Position numbers and translations under genes: made by a program. Of a stretch of 64,000 nucleotides of DNA, positions 36,613-46,481 are shown piece by piece. The notes beneath the pieces were generated by a model. That model searched no databases, was not told the DNA's origin, and was given only the letters and a program-made list of their open reading frames with translations. Origin of the DNA: a virus; the IMG/VR virus record IMGVR_UViG_3300037575_000021, positions 1-64,000 of that record; one strand, written 5' to 3'. How positions within the stretch are numbered: the first letter of the stretch is position 1; each line of letters opens with the position of its first letter.

Positions 36613-37086
36613 GTGAAAATAGTTAAAGGTAACCTAATCGATATGGCCTTCAATGGCGACTTCGATGTGATCATTCACGGTTGTAATTGCCAGTGCCGGA
36701 TGAAGAGTGGTATAGCTAGAGAGATTGCTGAACGCATTCCAGAGGCTGTGGAGGCTGATAATGAAACTTCGGTAGGGGATGCATCTAAATTGGGCGGCTT
36801 TACATTCGCCCATGCCTTAGATGACTTTGGTTTACCAGTCTTTACGGTTATTAATGCCTATACCCAGCTTCGCTACGGGACAGACTCCCGGAAGGTTGAC
36901 TATGATGCTGTTAGAGCAGTATTTAGGAAGGTAGCTAATAGGTTTGGGGGAGGGTATATACCTTTCCGTATAGGCTACCCTAAGATAGGTGCTGGCCTTG
37001 CTGGTGGCGACTGGGATATCATATCTAAGATTATAGATGAGGAACTTGAAGGGCTTGATCATACACTTGTGGAGTTTGACGGATGA
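36613..37086 (+). CDS. Macrodomain (ADP-ribose processing) protein
   Basis: HGCNC...M.SGIA, NAYTQ and PKIGAGLAGGDW motifs. Confidence 0.92.
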   Translation: MKIVKGNLIDMAFNGDFDVIIHGCNCQCRMKSGIAREIAERIPEAVEADNETSVGDASKLGGFTFAHALDDFGLPVFTVINAYTQLRYGTDSRKVDYDAVRAVFRKVANRFGGGYIPFRIGYPKIGAGLAGGDWDIISKIIDEELEGLDHTLVEFDG

Positions 37087-37304
37087 TACAAGTGATACCT
37101 TACACCTATGAGAAAGATGAATATGGGTACACCAACGGAACTCCAGACCCACGGAAGGTTATAGCTAGGAAAGGAGATATGGTAGTCTCCCATGGGGTGT
37201 GCACAGAGACAGGTCATAATGTCTGTCTCCCTTGTGACCCTTGGCGGGAGTTCACCCGTGAGCACTGTGTTCGTTTTCCTGATGGGTGGTACTTGAAAGC
37301 ATGA
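37083..37304 (+). CDS. Hypothetical protein
   Basis: Coupled ORF in operon. Confidence 0.55.
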   Translation: MIQVIPYTYEKDEYGYTNGTPDPRKVIARKGDMVVSHGVCTETGHNVCLPCDPWREFTREHCVRFPDGWYLKA

Positions 37305-37567
37305 GTGTACTTTATAATAAGGTTTTCCATCACATAGATCTTGGGGAGGTTAATGTATCTGCCCTGTATGATGCCCTTAAGGATGCCCATAACATAGCCT
37401 TTAAGACTTGCCGGAGGGTTACCTTCCAGTGTGCTGGTGTGTATGTTCACATCACGAGGTATACGAAAGAGGAGGACTTCATGAGGATAGCGCGGAAGGT
37501 GGTTGGGAAATCCCAAAACGGGAGGAATGGTAGGCATGTTTATTGCCCAACATGGGAAAATGCTTGA
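37286..37567 (+). CDS. Hypothetical protein
   Basis: Coupled ORF in operon. Confidence 0.5.
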   Translation: MVLESMSVLYNKVFHHIDLGEVNVSALYDALKDAHNIAFKTCRRVTFQCAGVYVHITRYTKEEDFMRIARKVVGKSQNGRNGRHVYCPTWENA

Positions 37568-37620
37568 CATTTGACTAAAAGTGTGTATACTACGCACGTT
37601 AAATTTAAAGGAGGAAAAGA

Positions 37621-38079
37621 ATGAGTGACTTTATAATGGGGTTGGCAGTACTTACTTGGGCGCTATCCCCTGCCATCTTTCTGGTGTGTGTCTTGATAAG
37701 TTGTGGATGGAACTGGACTGTGGATTTCATCAATGATGATGTTTACCCTGAGTTTGCAGCTGAATGGCCAGAAAAGGTGATAGATATCTGTGAGAGTAAT
37801 ATAGGTATGCAGGCACTCTCTACGCTAACCTTAATAGCGTGCCTAGCATGTGTTCTCCTTGGACTTCCATTGTATTTATTAGAGTTTGATGGAACTCCTT
37901 ACGAGTTCATAGTGGGCACTGGTGGCGTGTTTGACTGGGTAGCTTACCCTATATCTGTATTACTAGCATATACGGCATTTATTTTTTCAGCGAGGGCAAT
38001 AGTCCGGTTGGCTAAGGCAACCAAGGAATTGAAGAATAAATTACAGAATCACATTAACGACCCGAACGGGCATAAATAA
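37621..38079 (+). CDS. Membrane protein, HIND-x-x-x-H family
   Basis: Three TM helices; upstream TTGACA-16-TATACT promoter; C-terminal HINDPNGH. Confidence 0.7.
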   Translation: MSDFIMGLAVLTWALSPAIFLVCVLISCGWNWTVDFINDDVYPEFAAEWPEKVIDICESNIGMQALSTLTLIACLACVLLGLPLYLLEFDGTPYEFIVGTGGVFDWVAYPISVLLAYTAFIFSARAIVRLAKATKELKNKLQNHINDPNGHK

Positions 38080-38089
38080 GAGGAGTAAA

Positions 38090-39082
38090 ATGACAAGAGT
38101 AGTTCCAATTTGTCAAGAGAAAACTGATTCCTACGTAACACTCTATCCGGGGGCAGAGGATTTTGCAGACCTGCAGAATGAGAACTTCTGGCCTTGGACT
38201 GAGTACAACGTAGAGAAGGACATCCATGAGCTTCACACAGAATTCAGTGAGGCAGAGTTGCATGGAGTTATCACAACACTTAAGCTATTCACCCACTATG
38301 AGGTGGTTGCTGGTAGTGAATATTGGGGTGGTCGTTTTAAACGTATGTTCCCACGACCTGAGTTCCAGCGTATGGCATCAGCCTTTAGTAATATCGAGCT
38401 GAACAGTCACGCTAAGTTCTACAATGAGATTAACAACCTTCTAGGACTATCAACCGATGAGTTCTACACAGACTATGTGAATGATCCAGTGCTTAAGGCT
38501 CGTATGGATTTCATTGAGGAAGTTGTGTGCCACGAGGATGATCTTATTTCTCTTGGTGCTTTCAGTATCGTTGAAGGGGCTATCCTTTATAGCAACTTCG
38601 CTTTCCTTAAGCATTTCCAAGCTAACGGTAAGAACAAACTAACCAATGTGGTTGCTGGTATTAACCAGTCAGTTCTGGATGAGAACATCCACTCGATGGG
38701 TGGGGCATGGGCGTTTAAGACTTTGCTTGCTGAAAGACCTGATGCCGATAGGGTATATCTTGAGTCACAGTTTAAGCAAATCACGGATGCCATCCTAGAT
38801 CACGAATCTCAGATCATTGATATGATCTTCGAGAAGGGGACCATCCCGGGCGTAACAGCCACACAGTTAAAACACTTCGTTGAGTCTCGTTTAGACCTAT
38901 GCCTTGAGCAGTTAGGTTTTGAGAAGGTGTACAAACCTAAGTACAACCCAATCGGTAAGTGGTTCTATGATAACATCACGGGTAGTCAGTTCCACGACTT
39001 CTTTGTGAAGGTTGGTAGTGAGTACAAACGTGGGTGGAATAAGAAAGCATTTGTTTGGAAGTTGCCTGAGGAGGAAGTATGA
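38090..39082 (+). CDS. nrdB: Ribonucleotide reductase class Ia beta subunit
   Basis: FWP..E, ExxH (ELNSH) with radical Tyr, VEGAILYSNF and DENIH motifs. Confidence 0.93.
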   Translation: MTRVVPICQEKTDSYVTLYPGAEDFADLQNENFWPWTEYNVEKDIHELHTEFSEAELHGVITTLKLFTHYEVVAGSEYWGGRFKRMFPRPEFQRMASAFSNIELNSHAKFYNEINNLLGLSTDEFYTDYVNDPVLKARMDFIEEVVCHEDDLISLGAFSIVEGAILYSNFAFLKHFQANGKNKLTNVVAGINQSVLDENIHSMGGAWAFKTLLAERPDADRVYLESQFKQITDAILDHESQIIDMIFEKGTIPGVTATQLKHFVESRLDLCLEQLGFEKVYKPKYNPIGKWFYDNITGSQFHDFFVKVGSEYKRGWNKKAFVWKLPEEEV

Positions 39083-40791
39083 CAGATCAGTGGGAAGAAT
39101 TAAGTAAAGAGCGCAAGAAGCTCCAGAGTGAAGGTCATCTTCCTGATTGGTTCACTACTCAGGGGTGGCAAGCCTTCAAAGAGAAGATGCTTTACCAATC
39201 GATAGGTTACCGTGGCCACTGTGAGCGTATTGCTCGTACACTGGCACAGTGGGCACCTAAGACTCCTGCACCTTTCTGGGTAGATCCAGATATGACGTGG
39301 GAGAAAGCATTCTTTAATGTTTTATGGTCTGGAAAGCTTGTACCAAGCTCGCCTGTGGCTTGTAACACAGGGACAGATCGTGGCTTTTCAGTTAGTTGCT
39401 CTGGTGGTTACGTTGGAGATTCTATCTCTAGCTTCTACGAGCGATTGGGTGAAGGGGCTAAATTATCTCAGACAGGTTTTGGGATTTCGAGTTATCTGGG
39501 AGATATCCGTGAACGTGGAGCACCGTTCAGCAATGGCGAAGGAAAAGCATCGGGTATTCTCCCAGTCCTAGATGACTTCGTGACAATGGCAGGTAAGGTG
39601 TCACAGGGCGGAGCAAGACGTGGTGCATGGGCAGGTTATATCCCGATGGCCCATGGCGATTTCTACGAGAGTGCTATGTTCCTGAAGAACAACCCGGATG
39701 ATTGTAATATCGGGTGGAATGTCTATGACGAGGATATCAATAAGCTGAACCAAGCAGATCCTGACATGACTGATCGTTTCCAAGAGACGATGCTTGTTAA
39801 GGCTATGACTGGTAAGGGTTACTTCATGTTCCCTGATAAGGCTAACCACTTGGCACCTCCAGCGTTGAAGCGTTACAAGACTCCTATTCGAGCAAGTAAC
39901 CTTTGTACTGAGATCATGTTGCCACAGGATGAGGACTACACCTTTACGTGTGTTCTATCGAGCCTGAACCTTGCAATGTTTGATGAGTTGACTCCTGAAG
40001 ACATCTTCACATCTATTGTATTCTTGGATTGTGTTGCTGAGGATTTCATTCAGAAGGCCAAAGATGTGCACGAGTTAAGACGTGCAGTGGACTTCACTCG
40101 TGATTTCCGAGCATTAGGTCTTGGGGCGCTGGGTTTCCACACGTACTTGCAGCGTAAGAGTATTGTTCTTGGTAGTGTTCAGAGCTTCCTTGAGAATACG
40201 AAGATCTTTAATAAGATCCGTACCAATGCTGACTATGCAACTGAGTGGTTAGCTGAGGTTCAGGGCGAACCATTACGCTGTGAAGGTTTAGGTGCTCGTA
40301 ATGCAACACTGTTAGCTATCGCCCCTAACACAACATCCGCATTAGTGGGTGGCTCTGTTAGTCAGGGGATTGAGCCAGTGTTTAAGAACACTTACACACA
40401 AGGGACAGCTGCAGGTGAGATGCTCCGTATTAACCCAGCGTTGATTGAGTTAATGCAAGAGAAAGGGATCTACAATAATGATCACATCAAGGAAGTTCGT
40501 GATGCTGATGGTAGTGTCCAAGAGGTAGATTGGTTAACGGAACATGAGAAGGCAGTCTTTAGGACTTTCCCTGAAGTTCCTCAGGAAGCTTTAATTGATC
40601 TGGCATCTGCACGTACACAGATCGATCAGTGGCAGTCATTGAACCTAGCTTTCTCTTCGGATGCATCTGAGGAATACATTGCTTCAGTTTTCCAGAAAGC
40701 TTTCCTTGACAAGAACATCAAAGCTGTGTATTACTCGCGTATGAGCAAGGCCGCAAAGGCTAGCAGTGGTGAGTGTATCGCTTGTGAATGA
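39079..40791 (+). CDS. nrdA: Ribonucleotide reductase class Ia alpha subunit (no ATP cone)
   Basis: SNLCTEI, CVLSSLN, AIAPNTTS, VYYSR and C-terminal CIACE. Confidence 0.95.
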   Translation: MTDQWEELSKERKKLQSEGHLPDWFTTQGWQAFKEKMLYQSIGYRGHCERIARTLAQWAPKTPAPFWVDPDMTWEKAFFNVLWSGKLVPSSPVACNTGTDRGFSVSCSGGYVGDSISSFYERLGEGAKLSQTGFGISSYLGDIRERGAPFSNGEGKASGILPVLDDFVTMAGKVSQGGARRGAWAGYIPMAHGDFYESAMFLKNNPDDCNIGWNVYDEDINKLNQADPDMTDRFQETMLVKAMTGKGYFMFPDKANHLAPPALKRYKTPIRASNLCTEIMLPQDEDYTFTCVLSSLNLAMFDELTPEDIFTSIVFLDCVAEDFIQKAKDVHELRRAVDFTRDFRALGLGALGFHTYLQRKSIVLGSVQSFLENTKIFNKIRTNADYATEWLAEVQGEPLRCEGLGARNATLLAIAPNTTSALVGGSVSQGIEPVFKNTYTQGTAAGEMLRINPALIELMQEKGIYNNDHIKEVRDADGSVQEVDWLTEHEKAVFRTFPEVPQEALIDLASARTQIDQWQSLNLAFSSDASEEYIASVFQKAFLDKNIKAVYYSRMSKAAKASSGECIACE

Positions 40792-41324
40792 TAACGAGGC
40801 CTCCGGGCCTCTTACAGGAGGGAATAATGAGCCTAGTCTACGTATTAAGTGACCTTCACTTAGGTCACAAAAACATTTGTAATTTCCGAACACAGTTCTC
40901 TACGGTAGAGGAACATGATGAGTTTATCCTCGACAATTACCGCTCAGTTATCACCAAGAGGGATACTGTTATCTTTCTCGGGGATGTTGCCTTTACAAAG
41001 GAGCGCCTTGAGGATGTTAAGTCCCTTGAAGGGAATAAGATCTTAGTGTGCGGTAATCATGACACTGAACGTGGGATTGATATGAAGTACTTGACAAATT
41101 GCGGAGCCTACAGTAAAGTGTACTCTATGTGGTCACGTAAAGGTTGCTGGTTAACTCATTGCCCAGTCCATCCTGATGAGTTACGTGGGAAGTTTAACAT
41201 TCATGGGTATGTTCATAGTAATACCTTGGATGATTCACGTTACTTCAACGCATCTATGGAGAACATTGATTATAAGCCTAAGAAGTTCATTGACATCTTA
41301 GAGGAATTACGGGAGGCAAAATGA
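40788..41324 (+). CDS. Calcineurin-like metallophosphoesterase
   Basis: SDLHLGH, LGD, GNHD, THCP and HGYVH motifs. Confidence 0.9.
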   Translation: MITRPPGLLQEGIMSLVYVLSDLHLGHKNICNFRTQFSTVEEHDEFILDNYRSVITKRDTVIFLGDVAFTKERLEDVKSLEGNKILVCGNHDTERGIDMKYLTNCGAYSKVYSMWSRKGCWLTHCPVHPDELRGKFNIHGYVHSNTLDDSRYFNASMENIDYKPKKFIDILEELREAK

Positions 41325-42130
41325 AAAGTGAGTTTAAGGTACACATTGACGGGAAGCTTGTAGATTTCAACATGCTCACGTTTAATGGAGGGGAGGAGCA
41401 TGTAAAATTATCTACGAACTACATAGAGTACCATGCTGAGATCCAAGCATACATCCGAGATTCTGCAGGTATTATGCAATTAGCTCTAGTAAAGGATGCT
41501 ATTGATGGTATTAACTGCGATAAGATCCCAGTATCGCTTGTCTTACCTTATGTTCCTTACGCAAGGCAGGATAGGCGATGTGAGTGCGGGGAGGCGTTCA
41601 GCTTGAAAGTCTTTGCGCGGATACTTAACGGTATGAACTTTGATTCCGTTTTTATCAGTGACGCGCATAGTGATGTGGCACCCGCACTGATTGATAACTG
41701 CACTAATATCAAGCAGTCCACAATTTTCACCAATTCGAATGTTTTTGCCAATGGATTCCATTCAGATGATACCCTATTGTGCTCTCCAGATGGTGGAGCT
41801 TTGAAGAAAATCCATTCAATCTCTAAGATCTTCAATAAAGATGTGATCGAAGCCACAAAAGTTCGTTGCACAAAGACTGGACAAATATTAGAGACTCGTG
41901 TACACTGCGATAGCCTTGAAGGTAAGAATGTGTGGATCATTGATGACATTTGTGATGGTGGTCGTACATTTGCTGAGTTGGCGAAGGTGCTGAAGCAGAA
42001 AGATGCTAAGCAGGTTAATCTTTGGGTTACCCACGGGATCTTTGCAAACGGTAAGCAGTACCTATACGATAACGGTGTAGATAATGTCTATGCCCGATAT
42101 GATTGGACAAATGAAGGGGGTGTATTATGA
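41321..42130 (+). CDS. PRPP-synthetase-like protein (Adps-type)
   Basis: PYVPYARQDR, DAHS, SPDGGA and IIDDICDGGRTF motifs. Confidence 0.9.
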   Translation: MKSEFKVHIDGKLVDFNMLTFNGGEEHVKLSTNYIEYHAEIQAYIRDSAGIMQLALVKDAIDGINCDKIPVSLVLPYVPYARQDRRCECGEAFSLKVFARILNGMNFDSVFISDAHSDVAPALIDNCTNIKQSTIFTNSNVFANGFHSDDTLLCSPDGGALKKIHSISKIFNKDVIEATKVRCTKTGQILETRVHCDSLEGKNVWIIDDICDGGRTFAELAKVLKQKDAKQVNLWVTHGIFANGKQYLYDNGVDNVYARYDWTNEGGVL

Positions 42131-42759
42131 AGAAAATTATTACAGTTTTAATGTTAGCAGTTGCTCTTGTGGGTTGTGGTAATGACTCAAGCTGGAGACT
42201 ATACAGTAAGGCCACACCAGAGGAGAAGGAAATCCTAAAGACATCCTTCTTCGACACTCATCCTAATATAGATCATTTAAATAGGTCGGTAGTCAAGGCT
42301 ATAAACTCCCGTCAGGTAAGACCTACAAATGGTCACAAGTCTTTATGTGAGTTCAAAGAGTTAGTGTCCTTATCAACATCTCGAATGGAGGCAAGCAATA
42401 AGTATAAGATCACCATTAAAGATGCATACAGGATGCTTTATAAAAAGGATTTCGATGAGGTATGTTACGGTAATGGAAATAAACCGGAGCTTGCACCTGA
42501 AGAGATTCACGAGGAGCAGATTGCTGAAGAAGTCCCCGCGCCTGAACGTGAGAGTGTGGTGACCATTGAGGAGGACATTGCAGTTCTGTCACCTGAGATG
42601 ATGCACAACCTCAAGGGTGCAATTAAAAGCTGTCCACGAGCAAAAGATAAATATATGTCCTTGACAGAGCAAGGGGAGTTGCTTACAGTTAACTTCTACA
42701 AGAAGATGAGTGGAATTATCCACCGCTGTCAAGTAATGGAAATTGAAAAAGTATTATAA
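42127..42759 (+). CDS. Lipoprotein
   Basis: Signal peptide with lipobox LVGC. Confidence 0.75.
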   Translation: MKKIITVLMLAVALVGCGNDSSWRLYSKATPEEKEILKTSFFDTHPNIDHLNRSVVKAINSRQVRPTNGHKSLCEFKELVSLSTSRMEASNKYKITIKDAYRMLYKKDFDEVCYGNGNKPELAPEEIHEEQIAEEVPAPERESVVTIEEDIAVLSPEMMHNLKGAIKSCPRAKDKYMSLTEQGELLTVNFYKKMSGIIHRCQVMEIEKVL

Positions 42760-42768
42760 GGAGGAAAT

Positions 42769-44496
42769 ATGCAAGCATTGAATTCAACAGATTTTTATAA
42801 GACTGGCCACGGATCCATGATGGAAGAAGGTACGAATCTAATCTATTCGAACTTTACTCCACGTAGTTCTCGTTTGGCTCAAGTTATTCGAGACCAGTAT
42901 GATGACTGCATCGTATGGTTTGGCCTTCAGGGCTTCTTAAAGGAAGTCTTCATGAAGGAATGGCGTAATGATTTCTTCGGCGCACCTAAAGAGTATGCCG
43001 TTGAACGTTACAAGCGCCGAATGGACACATCATTAGGCCCGGGCAAGGTTACCGTAGAACACATTGAAGCTTTGCATGATCTTGGCTATCTGCCACTAGT
43101 GATTAAGTCACTACCAGAGGGTGCCCGTGTCCCTATTAAGGTTCCAGCGTTTACAATCTACAACACTCACCCTGATTTCCCGTGGCTAACAAACTATGTG
43201 GAGACACTATTGAGCTGTGAACTTTGGAAGCCATCTACAACTGCGACTATCGCGTTTGAGTACAAGAAGCTTCTAATGGAATACGCTGTTAAGACTGGCA
43301 CACCTGAGGAGTTTGTAGCTGTTCAAGGTCATGACTTCTCGTTCCGTGGAATGTCTGGTCGTCACGATGCAGCATCAGCTGGTGGTGGTCACCTGTTAAG
43401 CTTTATCGGTACAGATACTATTCCAGCTATTGACCGCATGGAGCAATACTACAATGCTCACTCATCCGAGGAAATGATTGGTTGTTCTGTTCCAGCGACT
43501 GAGCACATGGTTATGTGTCTTGGCCAGAAGGATACTGAAATCAATACCTTCAAGCGTTTGATTAAAGATGACTACCCAACAGGTATTATCTCAATCGTAT
43601 CTGACACTTGGGATTTCTTCAAAGTAATCACTGAATACACGGTTGAACTTAAGGATGATATCCTAGCACGTCAACCTGATGAGTGGGGCTTATGCAAGAC
43701 GGTGTTCCGTCCTGACAGTGGTGATCCAGCTGATATTCTTTGTGGTATTGAGATTAAGGATTACACTGGAAGAGTTTCTGATCTAGATGAGGCAGAGGAC
43801 TGGTTCCTAGACGAGCTGGTTGAGAAAGAACGTGAAGAGGCAGGCCACGGTGAACAGGGTGATCAAAGTCCGTATGGATACTTCAAGTTCGAAGGCAAGA
43901 CCTATAAGTTGGTAGCAGAGATTTTCTGGAACCGCTACGATAAGCAATACTACTTTGCTGATGAATGGTCAGTTGATTCCTGTGAAGAGGTTGAACTGAC
44001 ACCTCAACAAAAAGGTGCTGTAGAGTGCTTATGGGAAGTATTCGGTGGAACTGAGACAGAGAAAGGCTACAAGATGCTTAACGATAAAGTTGGTTTAATC
44101 TATGGCGACTCTATCACTTTAAAACGTGCCAAGGATATCATGGAGCGTTTAGAAGCTAAAGGTTTCGCATCTGGAAACGTTGTATTCGGTATTGGTTCAT
44201 ACACTTACCAGTACGTGACTCGTGATACCTTCGGATTTGCTATGAAGGCAACCTACGCTGAAGTAGATGGGATGCCTCGTGAGTTGTTCAAGGATCCGAT
44301 AACAGATTCTGGCGTTAAGAAATCAGCTAAAGGTTTATTGCGTGTAGAGCTTGACAATGGCAAATACGTTATGTATGATCAGCAAGATTGGTACGGGGAG
44401 TCCCACGGGGAACTCAAAGAAGTGTTCCGAAACGGACAATTAGTTAAAGAAACTTCTTTACAAGAGATCCGAGATCGGTTAAACTCCTACCTGTAA
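42769..44496 (+). CDS. Nicotinamide phosphoribosyltransferase-like protein (Namat-type)
   Basis: TDFYK, HDFSFRG, SVPATEH, VSDTWD, RPDSGDP and IYGDSIT motifs. Confidence 0.93.
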   Translation: MQALNSTDFYKTGHGSMMEEGTNLIYSNFTPRSSRLAQVIRDQYDDCIVWFGLQGFLKEVFMKEWRNDFFGAPKEYAVERYKRRMDTSLGPGKVTVEHIEALHDLGYLPLVIKSLPEGARVPIKVPAFTIYNTHPDFPWLTNYVETLLSCELWKPSTTATIAFEYKKLLMEYAVKTGTPEEFVAVQGHDFSFRGMSGRHDAASAGGGHLLSFIGTDTIPAIDRMEQYYNAHSSEEMIGCSVPATEHMVMCLGQKDTEINTFKRLIKDDYPTGIISIVSDTWDFFKVITEYTVELKDDILARQPDEWGLCKTVFRPDSGDPADILCGIEIKDYTGRVSDLDEAEDWFLDELVEKEREEAGHGEQGDQSPYGYFKFEGKTYKLVAEIFWNRYDKQYYFADEWSVDSCEEVELTPQQKGAVECLWEVFGGTETEKGYKMLNDKVGLIYGDSITLKRAKDIMERLEAKGFASGNVVFGIGSYTYQYVTRDTFGFAMKATYAEVDGMPRELFKDPITDSGVKKSAKGLLRVELDNGKYVMYDQQDWYGESHGELKEVFRNGQLVKETSLQEIRDRLNSYL

Positions 44497-44497
44497 G

Positions 44498-45127
44498 TTG
44501 ATAGGCCCTTCGGGGCCAACCGTTTTAAATAACAGAGGAGAAATAAATATGGCTGAAACAATTTTAATTTTCGGTTTAATTCTTATCTTTGGTCTTTGCT
44601 GGCTATCGGAGATTGTCCGACTAGTTGAGCAGGACTATAAGTTCAAGTATAAAGATCGTAACTTTTATGGTATGACTGCTTGGACGTACACAATGAGCCA
44701 CTCGACTATGGGATTCTGTGGACTAGTGTGGGGATCGTTCCTGATGTATTTGACACTAGGAGGGGTATTTTCACTAGTATCCTACTTCTTGATTTCAATC
44801 ATCTTAGGATGGGCTCAGGTATTCCTGACAGGGACTCTACCAACCGCTGAGTTAGCCATTGTAGGTATGGGTCTATCACTCTTACTGCTAATAGCTGTAG
44901 TTACCAATTACCTATTTGTTGGCTTAAAGTACCTATGTACTGAGTACGCCTTACCTTACATCGGAGATAAAGCTCCAGTTTTGGCAGGTAAGGTCGGTGA
45001 AGTAACAGGTAAAACAGTATGCCAGACAGGTGTAGCCAAAAAGATTAACTCTAAGTGGGAAGCTTTTAAGTTAGCTTACAAAACCCACAAAGAGAAGAAC
45101 TGCCCAATTATTGACACTGAATACTAA
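44498..45127 (+). CDS. Membrane protein (start probably ATG 44549)
   Basis: Several TM segments; C-terminal K.K.CP.I. Confidence 0.65.
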   Translation: MIGPSGPTVLNNRGEINMAETILIFGLILIFGLCWLSEIVRLVEQDYKFKYKDRNFYGMTAWTYTMSHSTMGFCGLVWGSFLMYLTLGGVFSLVSYFLISIILGWAQVFLTGTLPTAELAIVGMGLSLLLLIAVVTNYLFVGLKYLCTEYALPYIGDKAPVLAGKVGEVTGKTVCQTGVAKKINSKWEAFKLAYKTHKEKNCPIIDTEY

Positions 45128-45329
45128 GGAGGTAGATATGCGTAAGCTTAAATATTTCCTGATCCTTATGACTATCCTAGGGATTGCTGTACTGATCAAA
45201 CTACTTTGGTTTTTCAAATGGGTTCTATTAGCAGCTGTGGTACTTTACGTTTCTTACAAGGTGCACACAACCTACGTTAAACTGAAGGATCGCTGGCAAG
45301 CACGTAAGAAGAAGTGGGGTTGGGTATGA
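45111..45329 (+). CDS. Small membrane protein
   Basis: Hydrophobic; AAGGAGG RBS before MRKLK. Confidence 0.65.
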   Translation: MTLNTKEVDMRKLKYFLILMTILGIAVLIKLLWFFKWVLLAAVVLYVSYKVHTTYVKLKDRWQARKKKWGWV

Positions 45330-45802
45330 TGTTAGATATTGGATCTATATTATTTATGGTGGTATTATTCTTACCAGTGTCCATCCCACTAGTGGTTGGT
45401 GTAATGTATGCCCTTAATTTCCTAATTAGTTATGTAACTGCAGGGGATTATGATGAGGTATTTATATGCAACACTGAGTGTTACGGATCTAAGAAGTTTA
45501 AGGGTATTAAGGTTTTCGGTAAAGATGTTGAAATGTTCACTGATTTTCAGGGCGCGGCTATTCTCATCTCTGTAATGATCTGCACCCTCTATTTTACAGG
45601 CGTACATAAGGCCAATCAGGAAGCCGGTGTGAATATTGTTTTCAATAATTTCACTGGAACTATGGGCTGCCTTATGTTATTATTCCTTGCCATCTGGGTA
45701 GTGTTATTCTTCCTACGTACAACCTACGTTACAGGTAAAAAGGTTAAACAGATTAAAAATCATCTAACGGATCATATTAATGATCCTAACGCCCACAACT
45801 GA
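45314..45802 (+). CDS. Membrane protein, HIND-x-x-x-H family
   Basis: Three TM helices; C-terminal HINDPNAH. Confidence 0.7.
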   Translation: MGLGMMLDIGSILFMVVLFLPVSIPLVVGVMYALNFLISYVTAGDYDEVFICNTECYGSKKFKGIKVFGKDVEMFTDFQGAAILISVMICTLYFTGVHKANQEAGVNIVFNNFTGTMGCLMLLFLAIWVVLFFLRTTYVTGKKVKQIKNHLTDHINDPNAHN

Positions 45803-45816
45803 AGGAGAAATAAAAT

Positions 45817-46374
45817 ATGTTTACAGAACTATTAGCTTCATTTATCACACTGGCATCTATGCTCTTAGGGCCTGCCATGGCAGTGCTATTTATTAGCTCA
45901 CTCGTAGCGGAGTTACTTACAAGAGGAGTTACTGATGGTGATTATAAGGGCCTTTTCTTCGTCTGCAGTAACCACTTTGATAATAAGTGGACTTTCCGAC
46001 TCTTCGGTAAGACCTACATTGACGAGGTAAGCTCTATAGGTTACTTCATGTTGACGTTCTTAATGAATATTATCAGCATACCTTTCTGGGTATTCATGTC
46101 TGAGGAAGGTCTTGATCTTACTAATCCAGTATCTCTATTCCTTGCTGATATCCTATTAGTGGTTCTTATTGTAGCAGGTAACTACTACTTCGCTAAGGCG
46201 CTGTACAAGTTAGTCAAGAAGGTTCGAACTCTTAAGGAAGTCCTTAAGACTCACGTTAATGATAAGGATGCACACTCATCTTCATCTAAGTCTGGTGAAA
46301 CTGTCTACCGCGAGACTGGTGATCGCGTGACAAAAGAAATGCGAGACGAATTCAAAAAGCGTTTCGATTACTAA
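45817..46374 (+). CDS. Membrane protein, HIND-x-x-x-H family
   Basis: Three TM helices; HVNDKDAH. Confidence 0.7.
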   Translation: MFTELLASFITLASMLLGPAMAVLFISSLVAELLTRGVTDGDYKGLFFVCSNHFDNKWTFRLFGKTYIDEVSSIGYFMLTFLMNIISIPFWVFMSEEGLDLTNPVSLFLADILLVVLIVAGNYYFAKALYKLVKKVRTLKEVLKTHVNDKDAHSSSSKSGETVYRETGDRVTKEMRDEFKKRFDY

Positions 46375-46390
46375 TCTCTGATTAAACATT

Positions 46391-46418
46391 AAGGCCCTTC
46401 GGGGCCTTTTCTCGTTTT
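46391..46418 (+). terminator. Intrinsic terminator
   Basis: AAGGCCC-TTCG-GGGCCTT followed by a T-rich tail. Confidence 0.85.
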
Positions 46419-46481
46419 AGGGTATTGACTTTTATCATAGGATGCGCCATTATTGCCTGATGAGAATTAAAGGAGGACTAT

